A stretch of DNA of 22,820 nt from NCBI GenBank assembly GCA_963666425.2, contig CAXXTX010000012.1, positions 1 through 22,820 of the forward strand, read 5' to 3'. Shown piece by piece: positions 16,319 to 22,820 of this stretch. Each line of letters begins with the position of its first letter. The first letter of the stretch is position 1. A program made the translations under genes and the position numbers. The notes beneath the pieces were generated by a model. It saw nothing but the letters and a program-made list of their open reading frames with translations, was not told the origin of the DNA and ran no database searches. This stretch comes from Bacillota bacterium. Its GTDB lineage: Bacteria; Bacillota; JAAYKD01.

Positions 16319-16939
16319 ATGCACACCAAAGACCATTGGGAAAACGTTTACAGCCACAAACCCGCTACCGATGTCAGCTGGTTTCAGGCTCACGCAGAAC
16401 AATCCCTGCGCCTGATTCGCAACACCGGCGTGCCGGAATCAGCCGCCATCATTGATGTGGGCGGTGGTGCCTCAACCCTGGTGGATGATCTTTTGCAGCA
16501 CGCCTTCACCAATCTGACGGTGCTGGATCTTTCAGCGGCAGCACTGGAAACTGCCCGTGCACGACTCGGTGCACAAGCCCGCCAAGTGCAATGGCGGGTG
16601 GGCGACATTACCAAGGCCAGCTTGCCCCAGCATGCTTTTGATGTCTGGCATGACCGCGCCGTGTTCCACTTTCTGACCGATCCCCAAGACCGCCAAGCCT
16701 ATGTGGACTGCGTGCTGCGCAGCGTCAAACCCGGTGGCCACGTCATCATGGCCACATTTGCCAGCGATGGCCCGCTGCAATGCAGCGGTTTGCCGGTGAT
16801 GCGCTACGAGCCCGAAGCCTTGCACGCCGAATTTGGCGCGCCTTTTGTCTTGCTCAGCCATGAGCGCGAAGACCACCACACCCCTTTTGGCACGGTGCAA
16901 AAGTTTGTCTACTGCTATTGCAGAAAGCAGCTCTCGTGA
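16319..16939 (+). CDS. Class I SAM-dependent methyltransferase
   Basis: HWENVY, VSWFQ, IIDVGGGAS, VLDLS, WHDRAVFHFL and LRSVKPGG motifs. Confidence 0.9.
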   Translation: MHTKDHWENVYSHKPATDVSWFQAHAEQSLRLIRNTGVPESAAIIDVGGGASTLVDDLLQHAFTNLTVLDLSAAALETARARLGAQARQVQWRVGDITKASLPQHAFDVWHDRAVFHFLTDPQDRQAYVDCVLRSVKPGGHVIMATFASDGPLQCSGLPVMRYEPEALHAEFGAPFVLLSHEREDHHTPFGTVQKFVYCYCRKQLS

Positions 16940-16960
16940 GTTTTCTCTGATTCAGAAAAA

Positions 16961-17012
16961 ACTATTTTTGATAGCTGCTAGCGCTTATTCAATATGGGCT
17001 AGAGGCCAATTT
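16961..17012 (-). repeat. REP-like repeat, copy 2 (inverted)
   Basis: Reverse complement reads AAATTGGCCTCTAGCCC...AGCGCTAGCAGCTATCAAAAATAGT. Confidence 0.75.
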
Positions 17013-17047
17013 CATCAAGATGATTGGGGGCAGACACCCATTTCGCT

Positions 17048-17179
17048 GCCGCGCAAATCTTCCTGATCGGGGCCGAATTCACCTGGGTGTATGCGAACAC
17101 GTTGGGGCCGAGAAAACTGCCCAGCGATGCCGACCGCCAAAGGCTGGCTGACTGCCTGGCTGGCGATGGCATGGCTTGA
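17048..17179 (+). pseudogene. C-terminal fragment of a YihY/BrkB-family membrane protein
   Basis: Manual translation from 17051 gives AQIFLIGAEFTWVYANTLG...*, matching the YihY C-terminal xAQIFLxGAEF motif. An in-frame stop lies just upstream at 17021. Confidence 0.7.
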
Positions 17180-17208
17180 CGTTGCGCTGCTGGGTGCAGT
17201 TTGCATAC

Positions 17209-17266
17209 AAATTGACCTCTAGCCCTTTATTGACCTGCGCAAGTAGCTATATATTTTGAATAACTT
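17209..17266 (+). repeat. REP-like repeat, copy 3; near-identical to copy 5
   Basis: AAATTGACCTCTAGCCCTTTATTGACCTGCGCAAGTAGCTATATATTTTGAATAACTT. Confidence 0.8.
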
Positions 17267-17312
17267 AACGTTTTTTCATACAGGCTTGAGTATGGGTTGA
17301 TTTTTTTATACG

Positions 17313-17366
17313 TTTTTGGCTTGTAGCCCTTGTCTGCATTGCGCAGACAGCTATTGATTGAATAGT
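17313..17366 (+). repeat. REP-like repeat, copy 4 (diverged)
   Basis: TTTTTGGCTTGTAGCCC...TGCGCAGACAGCTAT...AATAGT. Confidence 0.65.
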
Positions 17367-17442
17367 TGTTCAGCCCACTATCTACCCGCCTCTTTCCACC
17401 CGTACCGGGGAGGAATGAGGTGCCAACACTCAATCTCAGGTG

Positions 17443-17556
17443 CACCCAGTACAAATCAACCTTCTCGGTGCTGAGACTAAAGTGCCTGTACCGGATACGC
17501 TGGCGCAGCTGATCCAGCAGGCGGGTTGATTGCAAGGATGGTGTGCCGGGTTTCAG
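17443..17556 (-). pseudogene. intI: Integron integrase N-terminal stub (about 38 codons)
   Basis: (L)KPGTPSLQSTRLLDQLRQRIRYRHFSLSTEKVDLYWV resembles the IntI N-terminus (LLDQxRxRIRxxHYSxxTExxYxxWV). The expected ATG reads CTG, and similarity stops after WV. Confidence 0.85.
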
Positions 17557-17569
17557 GGGAAATTTAGAC

Positions 17570-17585
17570 CTGGTTACGTATCCAC
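17570..17585. promoter_or_regulatory. Possible decayed LexA (SOS) box upstream of the intI stub
   Basis: CTGGTTACGTATCCAC differs by one base from CTG-N10-CAG and lies 13 bp upstream of the intI start position, where integron LexA boxes usually sit. Confidence 0.3.
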
Positions 17586-17690
17586 CGTATTGGCCTGCAA
17601 GCTAGACTACAAGCCACTTTCAGGAGAATTTCATGACCAGATTAATAAGCAGCGGCCAGAATATTTTGCAAGTCTTGCCGTGGTCATTAC

Positions 17691-17700
17691 GTTAGCGGCC
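17691..17700 (+). other. Integron cassette core (recombination) site
   Basis: GTTAGCGGCC just before the cassette ATG is complementary to GACCGCTA(AC) at the gene's 3' end (18523-18530), as expected for the R'/R'' pair of one cassette. Confidence 0.7.
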
Positions 17701-17703
17701 ACC

Positions 17704-18531
17704 ATGTCATACAGCGCCGACTACGCCACATTGCTTGGCCTGTTTATTGACCTCGTTCAATCACAAGCAGGAAGCGCTATCGCCCCGGACGATGAGTGGT
17801 GGAATGATGCGCAAACACTATCTATCAAGCTGTTTCGCCATTTAGTCTCCATGCAAACTTTGGCTGTCGGTGCGACGGTTGAGCACAACAACGATCAAAT
17901 CGTATTTTTCATAGACCATGCATCAGTCAAAGTAGTCGCCCGAGCAGCACTCGAAACATATCTTGTGTTCTTTTACATCTACGGCAGCAGTGACCATGAG
18001 CTGGCCAAGTTCAGGCACAAGACCTGGCATCTTGGTGGCCTTGCGGATCGTCAGCAGTCCCATGCATCAAGAGATGAGCACATGGAAAAGCTGGCAGAGG
18101 AAAGGCAACAAATCGAAAACCTAAGATCTGAAATTAAGGCTGCGCCTCAATTTCAAGCCTACTCTTCAAGGCAGCAAACAAAACTGTTGGAAGGCGAATG
18201 GAAGATCGGCATCAGCTGGACTGATCTCGGCATAGAAGCAGGTTTCCATGAAAAATACTTCAAAAACATATACAGCTACCTTTGTGGCTACTCACATTCG
18301 AGCTACATCAGCGCACTCCAAGTTGGCCAAGCTAATTCAGTGGATACACAGAAAGTTCTCACGCAGGCAATACTAGGAATTGGTGTCGTCATCATGGCTC
18401 ACTACACATTCGCTTACTCTCGTGTCTTCAAGCAGGCCGAAGCGGTTCTTTCATCAAATCCTGAGGTTCGGCGCATTGCCGAAAAGTGGCATCTTGGCCC
18501 GAATGACATGGCATCGATCTATGACCGCTAA
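17704..18531 (+). CDS. Integron cassette gene, 275 aa, DUF5677-like helical protein of unknown function
   Basis: Visibly more AT-rich than the flanks. Motifs ARAALE and YSYLCGYSH. Bounded by core and inverse-core sites and divergent from the intI stub. Confidence 0.75.
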   Translation: MSYSADYATLLGLFIDLVQSQAGSAIAPDDEWWNDAQTLSIKLFRHLVSMQTLAVGATVEHNNDQIVFFIDHASVKVVARAALETYLVFFYIYGSSDHELAKFRHKTWHLGGLADRQQSHASRDEHMEKLAEERQQIENLRSEIKAAPQFQAYSSRQQTKLLEGEWKIGISWTDLGIEAGFHEKYFKNIYSYLCGYSHSSYISALQVGQANSVDTQKVLTQAILGIGVVIMAHYTFAYSRVFKQAEAVLSSNPEVRRIAEKWHLGPNDMASIYDR

Positions 18532-19050
18532 TCGGGTAGCCGGGAGTCTCTAACTCCCAGCCCTCACACCACCCACCGTGCGGGTCCGCAGTGGGCGGAA
18601 CAACCAAGTCGGCACGCTCGACGAAGTTTTTTCTCTTCTTCTTTGCCGTATAGCCCTGTGCCTTGCACCACAGGTCCTTCACACTGAGCAAACCTTGCTC
18701 CTTTAACCAGCCTTGCAGGCCGCACCCACGCCTCAGGCGTGGCCTCTTCGCGCTGTCCAACAGTGCGCAGGCACTGTTGGAGCCGCAGCGCTCAGCGTTG
18801 GAAATGGCTCGGTTGATCACCGGGGTTCTGGACATCTGCCAGTAGCTGTTGCTACTGACACCGTGCTGAATCGCGGACTTCAGGTCAACTCCCAAAGCCA
18901 GCAGATTCTTGATCTTGGGTAACGCGACCAGCGCCACTGTTTCCAGTAGCAGATGCGCATGCGCCGTCTGATCCACTCATCCAGTTCAAGAACCGGGCGG
19001 TAGTACTGGCTGATGCCAAAGTACGCCGTCCAGTCCCGAAGGTATTGCCC
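18531..19050 (-). mobile_element. 3' remnant of a group IIC-attC intron (maturase/X-domain fragment, domain V, domain VI)
   Basis: Minus strand encodes GQYLRDWTAYFGISQYYRPVLELDEWIRRRMRICYWKQWR, a frameshift near 18918, then KIKNLLALG...SYWQMSRTP...WLKEQGLLS. DV CCGCCCACTGCGGACCCGCACGGTGGGTGG (18569-18598, CGC triad) is followed by DVI ending CTACCCGAT at 18531. Confidence 0.9.
18710..18793. repeat. 84-bp double-hairpin insertion in the intron ORF
   Basis: Separates ISNA from WLKEQGL in frame. Hairpins CCACGCCT-C-AGGCGTGG (18726-18742) and TCCAACAGTGC-GCAG-GCACTGTTGGA (18756-18781). Confidence 0.65.
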
Positions 19051-19067
19051 CACTTCTTCAGTCAGCC

Positions 19068-19355
19068 AAGTCGCGCAGAACCCAGCACTTTGAAGTGGTG
19101 GTGCGTTTGCAAAATGGCAGCGCCCAAACCGTGAGCTTTGCCGCCGATCCCGGCTTCAAGGTGGGTGACAAGGTGCGGATCAACGCCGGCGTGAGCACCC
19201 ATGCCCTTGAATGGCTACTGATCGTGATCTCGGTGGCCGGGTTGGTGTTTGGGCAGGATGCGGCGCGGGGCGAGATCGAATGGCAATTGCGCACCCTGAT
19301 GGGCGAGTCAGGGGCCAGCGCAGCACAGGCCTTGCTTGCCATTGTGAATCAATAA
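19068..19355 (+). pseudogene. Chimeric remnant: C-terminus of a glycine-zipper lipoprotein fused in frame to an N-proximal YihY/BrkB fragment
   Basis: 19068-19193 encodes FEVVVRLQNGSAQTVSFAADPGFKVGDKVRINAGV. 19215-19352 encodes LLIVISVAGLVFGQDAARGEIEWQLRTLMGESGA. The stop codon forms at the junction with REP copy 5. Confidence 0.65.
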
Positions 19356-19409
19356 ATTGACCTCTAGCCCTTTGTTGACCTGCGTAAGTAGCTATATTTT
19401 GAATAGCTT
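19354..19409 (+). repeat. REP-like repeat, copy 5
   Basis: AAATTGACCTCTAGCCCTTTGTTGACCTGCGTAAGTAGCTATATTTTGAATAGCTT; three substitutions and one 2-bp indel versus copy 3. Confidence 0.8.
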
Positions 19410-19512
19410 TATGCGGTATTTCAAATCTGGCTGTTGTGGTCATTGGCGCGGGCCTGTTCGACTTTCTCGCTGTCAAATGGGACTGCGCTGTCACAAACCT
19501 GCAAGTCAGGGC

Positions 19513-19806
19513 TTAAACACAGCCTGTGGGTTTGGGCAGACCACCATACTTGGTGATCGGCTTCATCGGGCCGGTCATCCACAGCTTGAACACGGCGTTT
19601 TGATCTTCTTCGATGTATTTGGCAAATTTACGGATCGGCGGCACGCTGCCGAATTCTTCGTAATAGGCCCGCGCTTTCAGAATTTGTGCCCACTTGAGAT
19701 CATCCAGTTCAAAGCTGTCAGCCTGCGCCATGGCACGGCCAATGTCGTCCGTCCAGGCGGCCATATCGGTCAGATAACCATCACCATCACGCTCGGGAAG
19801 ATTCAT
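19513..19806 (-). CDS. TusE/DsrC-family sulfur relay protein with a single C-terminal Cys
   Basis: DGDGYL, PPIR, and C-terminus [19 protein letters not shown] (CysA only). Confidence 0.9.
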   Translation of the reverse strand: MNLPERDGDGYLTDMAAWTDDIGRAMAQADSFELDDLKWAQILKARAYYEEFGSVPPIRKFAKYIEEDQNAVFKLWMTGPMKPITKYGGLPKPTGCV

Positions 19807-19844
19807 ACATCAGTCTCTTTCTTGGTTGCTGATCAGGTTAAGGC

Positions 19845-20222
19845 CTACTCGGCCATGGTCGATGCGCTCAGATGGGTTTGATCCGCATGCTGCGCCACCA
19901 GTTGATCCAGAAACCGGCGCAAAAAGCCTTCGGTTTGCATGCTGTGAAAACGGTCGGTCACCATGCCATGGCTGTAGGCGATCACGGTTGGAAAACCTTT
20001 GGCCTGATGTCGGCCGGCAATGCGCATGTTTTCATCGGCATCCACTTTGGCCAGGATGAACTGACCAGAGTATTCCATGGCCAATCGTTCCAGCAAGGGG
20101 GTCAAAACCCGGCACGGGCCACACCATTCGGCACCGATATCCAGCACAACCGGCACGCTGTGCGAACGCTGAATGACACGTTCCTCAAAATCCGCCTCTT
20201 CGACATTGATGATCGACTTCAT
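19845..20222 (-). CDS. Thioredoxin-family protein
   Basis: FEERVIQRSHSVPVVLDIGAEWCGPC, LAKVDADEN and GFPTV. ATG at 20222 lies 5 bp after the YeeE stop. Confidence 0.9.
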   Translation of the reverse strand: MKSIINVEEADFEERVIQRSHSVPVVLDIGAEWCGPCRVLTPLLERLAMEYSGQFILAKVDADENMRIAGRHQAKGFPTVIAYSHGMVTDRFHSMQTEGFLRRFLDQLVAQHADQTHLSASTMAE

Positions 20223-20227
20223 GGCCT

Positions 20228-21337
20228 TCACGCACGCCAGTTTTGGTAGTGCATGGTGGCCACAGACCCCGCCATGATGCTGGCCAGTACCAGGAATGAG
20301 CCCACCGCCAGCGTCGAGACACCCGACAAGCCTTGCCCAACGGTGCAGCCCAATGCGGTGACACCACCAAAGCCCATCAGCACAGCACCCAACAGTTGGG
20401 TGCGCAAATCCTCGACCGAGGCAAAACCTTCCCAGCGAAATTGGCGCGAGCTGAGGGCATATACCCATGAACCCAGCACCACACCCATGGCGCTGGCAAT
20501 GCCAAAGCTGATCAATAAGGATTTGTCCGTCCACAGCATCAACAACTCCAGACTGAATGCGGTGGGGGCTACAAAACTGAACGACTCCAGCGTGCGGGTA
20601 TTGGTGGCAAAGTAAACCATCTCCATCGTGTCAGGGTTTTCGCCGTAGCCGATGTGACCGGTGAGGTACCAAGCGGCCACCACCAGCGCCCCCAACACGA
20701 TACCCCCCACCAGCTGATTGGTGTTGCTGCGGAAGCGCTTGTCTTTCAATGCAAAGACCAGCAAGGCCAGACTCAGCACCGACACACTGGCCAGCACGGC
20801 CACTTTGTCAGCCAGACCCGTGAGCTTGGCCAAAATCAGCGGCAGGGTTTGCCCCGTGAGCCCCCAGCGGGACAAATCCAGCGTCACAGGATCCAGAAAA
20901 CTGGCACGCCACTGGCCGAACAAGCCCTTGAGCGTCATGTAGGCAGAAATGGCCACAAACACCAGCACCACCAGCGAGCGCAAGCTGCCGCCCCCCACGC
21001 GCACCAGATTTTTGTTGACGCAGCCCCCGGCAATCGTCATGCCGACCCCAAACAAACCGCCCCCGATCAACAAGGACAGCCAGGGCAAACTGGGTCGCAC
21101 ATAGATCGACTTGGACAGATCAATCAACCCCTGCACATGAAGCACCTGAGTGCCCACCATGGCCACGGCCATAGCCAACAGCCACATTCGCAAGCGCCCC
21201 CAATGTTCCATGTTGACCACATCAGAAATCGCCCCCATGGTGCAAAAATTGGTTTTGTTGGCCACTACACCAAACACGAAGGCCAACACAAAGCCTCCCC
21301 AAACAACCCAGGCAGACGGATTCATGGTTTCAGTCAT
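20228..21337 (-). CDS. YeeE/YedE-family sulfur-compound transporter
   Basis: Multi-TM protein with three conserved Cys motifs: NFCTMGA, GMTIAGGC and GGVTALGCTVGQGLSG. Confidence 0.92.
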   Translation of the reverse strand: MTETMNPSAWVVWGGFVLAFVFGVVANKTNFCTMGAISDVVNMEHWGRLRMWLLAMAVAMVGTQVLHVQGLIDLSKSIYVRPSLPWLSLLIGGGLFGVGMTIAGGCVNKNLVRVGGGSLRSLVVLVFVAISAYMTLKGLFGQWRASFLDPVTLDLSRWGLTGQTLPLILAKLTGLADKVAVLASVSVLSLALLVFALKDKRFRSNTNQLVGGIVLGALVVAAWYLTGHIGYGENPDTMEMVYFATNTRTLESFSFVAPTAFSLELLMLWTDKSLLISFGIASAMGVVLGSWVYALSSRQFRWEGFASVEDLRTQLLGAVLMGFGGVTALGCTVGQGLSGVSTLAVGSFLVLASIMAGSVATMHYQNWRA

Positions 21338-21363
21338 GTCACAACTCCAAGTGTCCTTAGGGC

Positions 21364-22251
21364 TTAATTGCCGGAAGCGCCAGAACTTGCCAAACGCACC
21401 AATGTGTTCCGAATAGCCTCCGGCGCATTGATGATGCCCATGAATTGCCCCATACCCAAAGCCGGCCAGGCCAGTGCAATGCGGTACCGCGCATAAAGAG
21501 CGTAAACCTTGTGATCCACAATAAACAGCTCATAAGGCAACGCAGCCGGAAAATCTGTACCAATCTTGTTGACCCACCAGGCTTCACCGTCGTTGCCACT
21601 GTTCATGGCCACACCAAACACCGCCATTTTCTGAGCCGGCATGACCACTTCGTAGACCCGCTGGGTATCCCCCACACCTTTGGCCAGGTTGCCTTGAACC
21701 GCTTTCAGTGCTTCATCAAAATTGGCAAAACTGCCAATCTCGCTGTTGGCTGAATCAAAGCGCTCCATGCCAAACATATAGCGGTAGTCGGTCAGTTGTC
21801 CCTGGGGTACATCACCCCCAAAACCAGTCCCCTCGCCCAAGGCTTTGCTCAAACGCAGCTGGACAGATTTGACCGCTTCCTGAGCACCAGAAAATTGGTT
21901 GCGCAAATAAGCCCGATACCAGTAGTCCGGTGTCATGTAAGAAACACTGCCATCCGCGGAAATACCCACACGCAGGCCCGCCGCAACAATGCTGCTACTG
22001 GTTCCAGTGGTACGAATCAATTCCAGCAAAGCGGGGTCAGAAACCACCACACTGGCCTGACCCGCAATGCCTTTGGGCATGTGATGCCCCAGCACCGTAA
22101 AGCCCTCGGCTTGCAATTTTTTCTCAACCTGAGCCAACTGGGTTGGCAAATCAGCACCGGATAACTTGCCGGCGTGTGTGTAAGGTGCCAGAGCCAGGCT
22201 GAGTTGCGCCGCACACAGCAGGGCGCAACCCATGAGCCATTGTTTCATCAT
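21364..22251 (-). CDS. Exported conserved hypothetical protein
   Basis: 295-aa ORF with a signal peptide, tightly packed between dsrE2 and the YeeE gene. Confidence 0.8.
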   Translation of the reverse strand: MMKQWLMGCALLCAAQLSLALAPYTHAGKLSGADLPTQLAQVEKKLQAEGFTVLGHHMPKGIAGQASVVVSDPALLELIRTTGTSSSIVAAGLRVGISADGSVSYMTPDYWYRAYLRNQFSGAQEAVKSVQLRLSKALGEGTGFGGDVPQGQLTDYRYMFGMERFDSANSEIGSFANFDEALKAVQGNLAKGVGDTQRVYEVVMPAQKMAVFGVAMNSGNDGEAWWVNKIGTDFPAALPYELFIVDHKVYALYARYRIALAWPALGMGQFMGIINAPEAIRNTLVRLASSGASGN

Positions 22252-22254
22252 GGC

Positions 22255-22725
22255 TCAGATGAACAGGCAAACATCAGACTCACCCGCGAACTTCATGAAG
22301 GTGGCGGCCCCGCCGTACTCCACATCCTTGATGAATTCGCTGGTTTCAAACTCAAACAGATCCACCGTCATCTGGCAGGCGACAAATTTGACATCAGACT
22401 CCAGGCAGATGTCACGCAACTCTTGCAGTGATGCCACCCCCTTGGACTTCATCTTGTTTTTCATCATCATGGTCGCCATGGACTCCATGCCGGGCAGCAT
22501 TTGCACCATGACCGGCATCGGCACCGGCATGGGCATGGCCGGATTGGCCAGTGGACTGATCTTGATGTCGTCAAGGCTTTTGCGCAGCAGTTGCAGCCCG
22601 TAAAAGGTGAAAAATATTTGGACATCCCAGCCCAACGCCGCTGCGGTGGAGGCCAAAATGAATGGCGGATACGCCATATCCAAGGTGCCTTTGGTGGCGA
22701 TCAGTGCCATTTTTTTGCTTGCCAT
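22255..22725 (-). CDS. dsrE2: DsrE2-type sulfurtransferase
   Basis: ATKGTLDMAYPPFILASTAAALG, FFTFYGL, ACQMTVDLF and GAATF motifs. Confidence 0.9.
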   Translation of the reverse strand: MASKKMALIATKGTLDMAYPPFILASTAAALGWDVQIFFTFYGLQLLRKSLDDIKISPLANPAMPMPVPMPVMVQMLPGMESMATMMMKNKMKSKGVASLQELRDICLESDVKFVACQMTVDLFEFETSEFIKDVEYGGAATFMKFAGESDVCLFI

Positions 22726-22768
22726 GCGAGCGCTCCGGGTGTGTGGTTAAGTGTGGTCAAACTGGAAA

Positions 22769-22820
22769 TCAGGCTTTCTTGAGAAAGAACACAAACTTGC
22801 TGTTTTCACTACCCTGCTCC
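22769..22820 (-). CDS. tusA: 3' end of a probable TusA sulfur carrier (start lies outside the window)
   Basis: Manual translation ...EQGSENSKFVFFLKKA* fits a TusA C-terminus, and tusA-dsrE2 is a known pairing in sulfur oxidizers. Only 16 residues are visible. Confidence 0.6.
   Translation of the reverse strand, partial: EQGSENSKFVFFLKKA

Noticed and set aside
17227-17535. 102-aa ORF as a functional integrase
   Set aside because: Only about 31 residues are IntI-like. The rest is read-through into repeats, and the catalytic domain is absent.
17640-17697. Complete attI or upstream attC site
   Set aside because: Only the GTT core is clear. I could not pair convincing L/R boxes by eye.
17530-17703. 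58-aa N-terminal extension of the cassette ORF
   Set aside because: It crosses the intI start region and the core site; the ATG at 17704 just after the GTT site is the typical cassette start.
18428-18976. 182-aa ORF as an intact gene or active RT system (retron, DGR)
   Set aside because: It is a frameshifted maturase fragment reading through intron domains V and VI; no RT catalytic (YADD-like) region remains.
19845-20534. 229-aa extended thioredoxin, and similar long starts for dsrO (1012), dsrL (3438) and the DsrC paralogue (11031)
   Set aside because: The extensions overlap neighbouring genes; internal ATGs with an RBS or stop-start coupling fit better.
22510-22540. Short repeats encoding PAMPMPVPMPVM in dsrE2
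   Set aside because: Low-complexity Pro/Met segment typical of DsrE2 proteins, not a separate element.
1-22820. CRISPR array to accompany cas6
   Set aside because: No regularly spaced 25-45 bp repeats with unique spacers were seen. The five REP-like copies are irregularly spaced, diverged and in both orientations. An array elsewhere in the genome cannot be excluded.

Overview
Core sulfur-oxidation locus of what is probably a betaproteobacterium (Comamonadaceae/Rhodoferax-like; inferred, not tested). 1-10001 (minus strand) is a reverse-type dissimilatory sulfite reductase operon, dsrABEFHCMKLJOP, cut inside dsrP. Two palindromic MITE-like elements sit in its intergenic gaps. A divergent plus-strand block (10290-16939) encodes a small hypothetical protein, an orphan Cas6 (I-MYXAN/Cmx6-like, with no CRISPR array or other cas gene in the window), a cysteine-free DsrC paralogue, a hypothetical protein, a frameshifted TauD-like dioxygenase, an HTH-[2Fe-2S]-reductase fusion, an HTH-less S24 domain, a small hypothetical protein, an exported MBL-fold protein and a SAM methyltransferase. 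This looks like a dsr-linked regulatory or RNA-processing module and is the best candidate for an undescribed system. 16960-19410 is a decayed accessory patch: REP-like repeats, an intI stub, one AT-richer gene cassette whose attC is interrupted by a 5'-truncated group IIC-attC intron, and scrambled yihY and lipoprotein fragments. 19513-22820 (minus strand) is a sulfur import/relay operon: tusA (partial), dsrE2, an exported hypothetical protein, a YeeE/YedE transporter, a thioredoxin and a TusE-type protein. All family calls come from motif recognition by eye; no searches were run.
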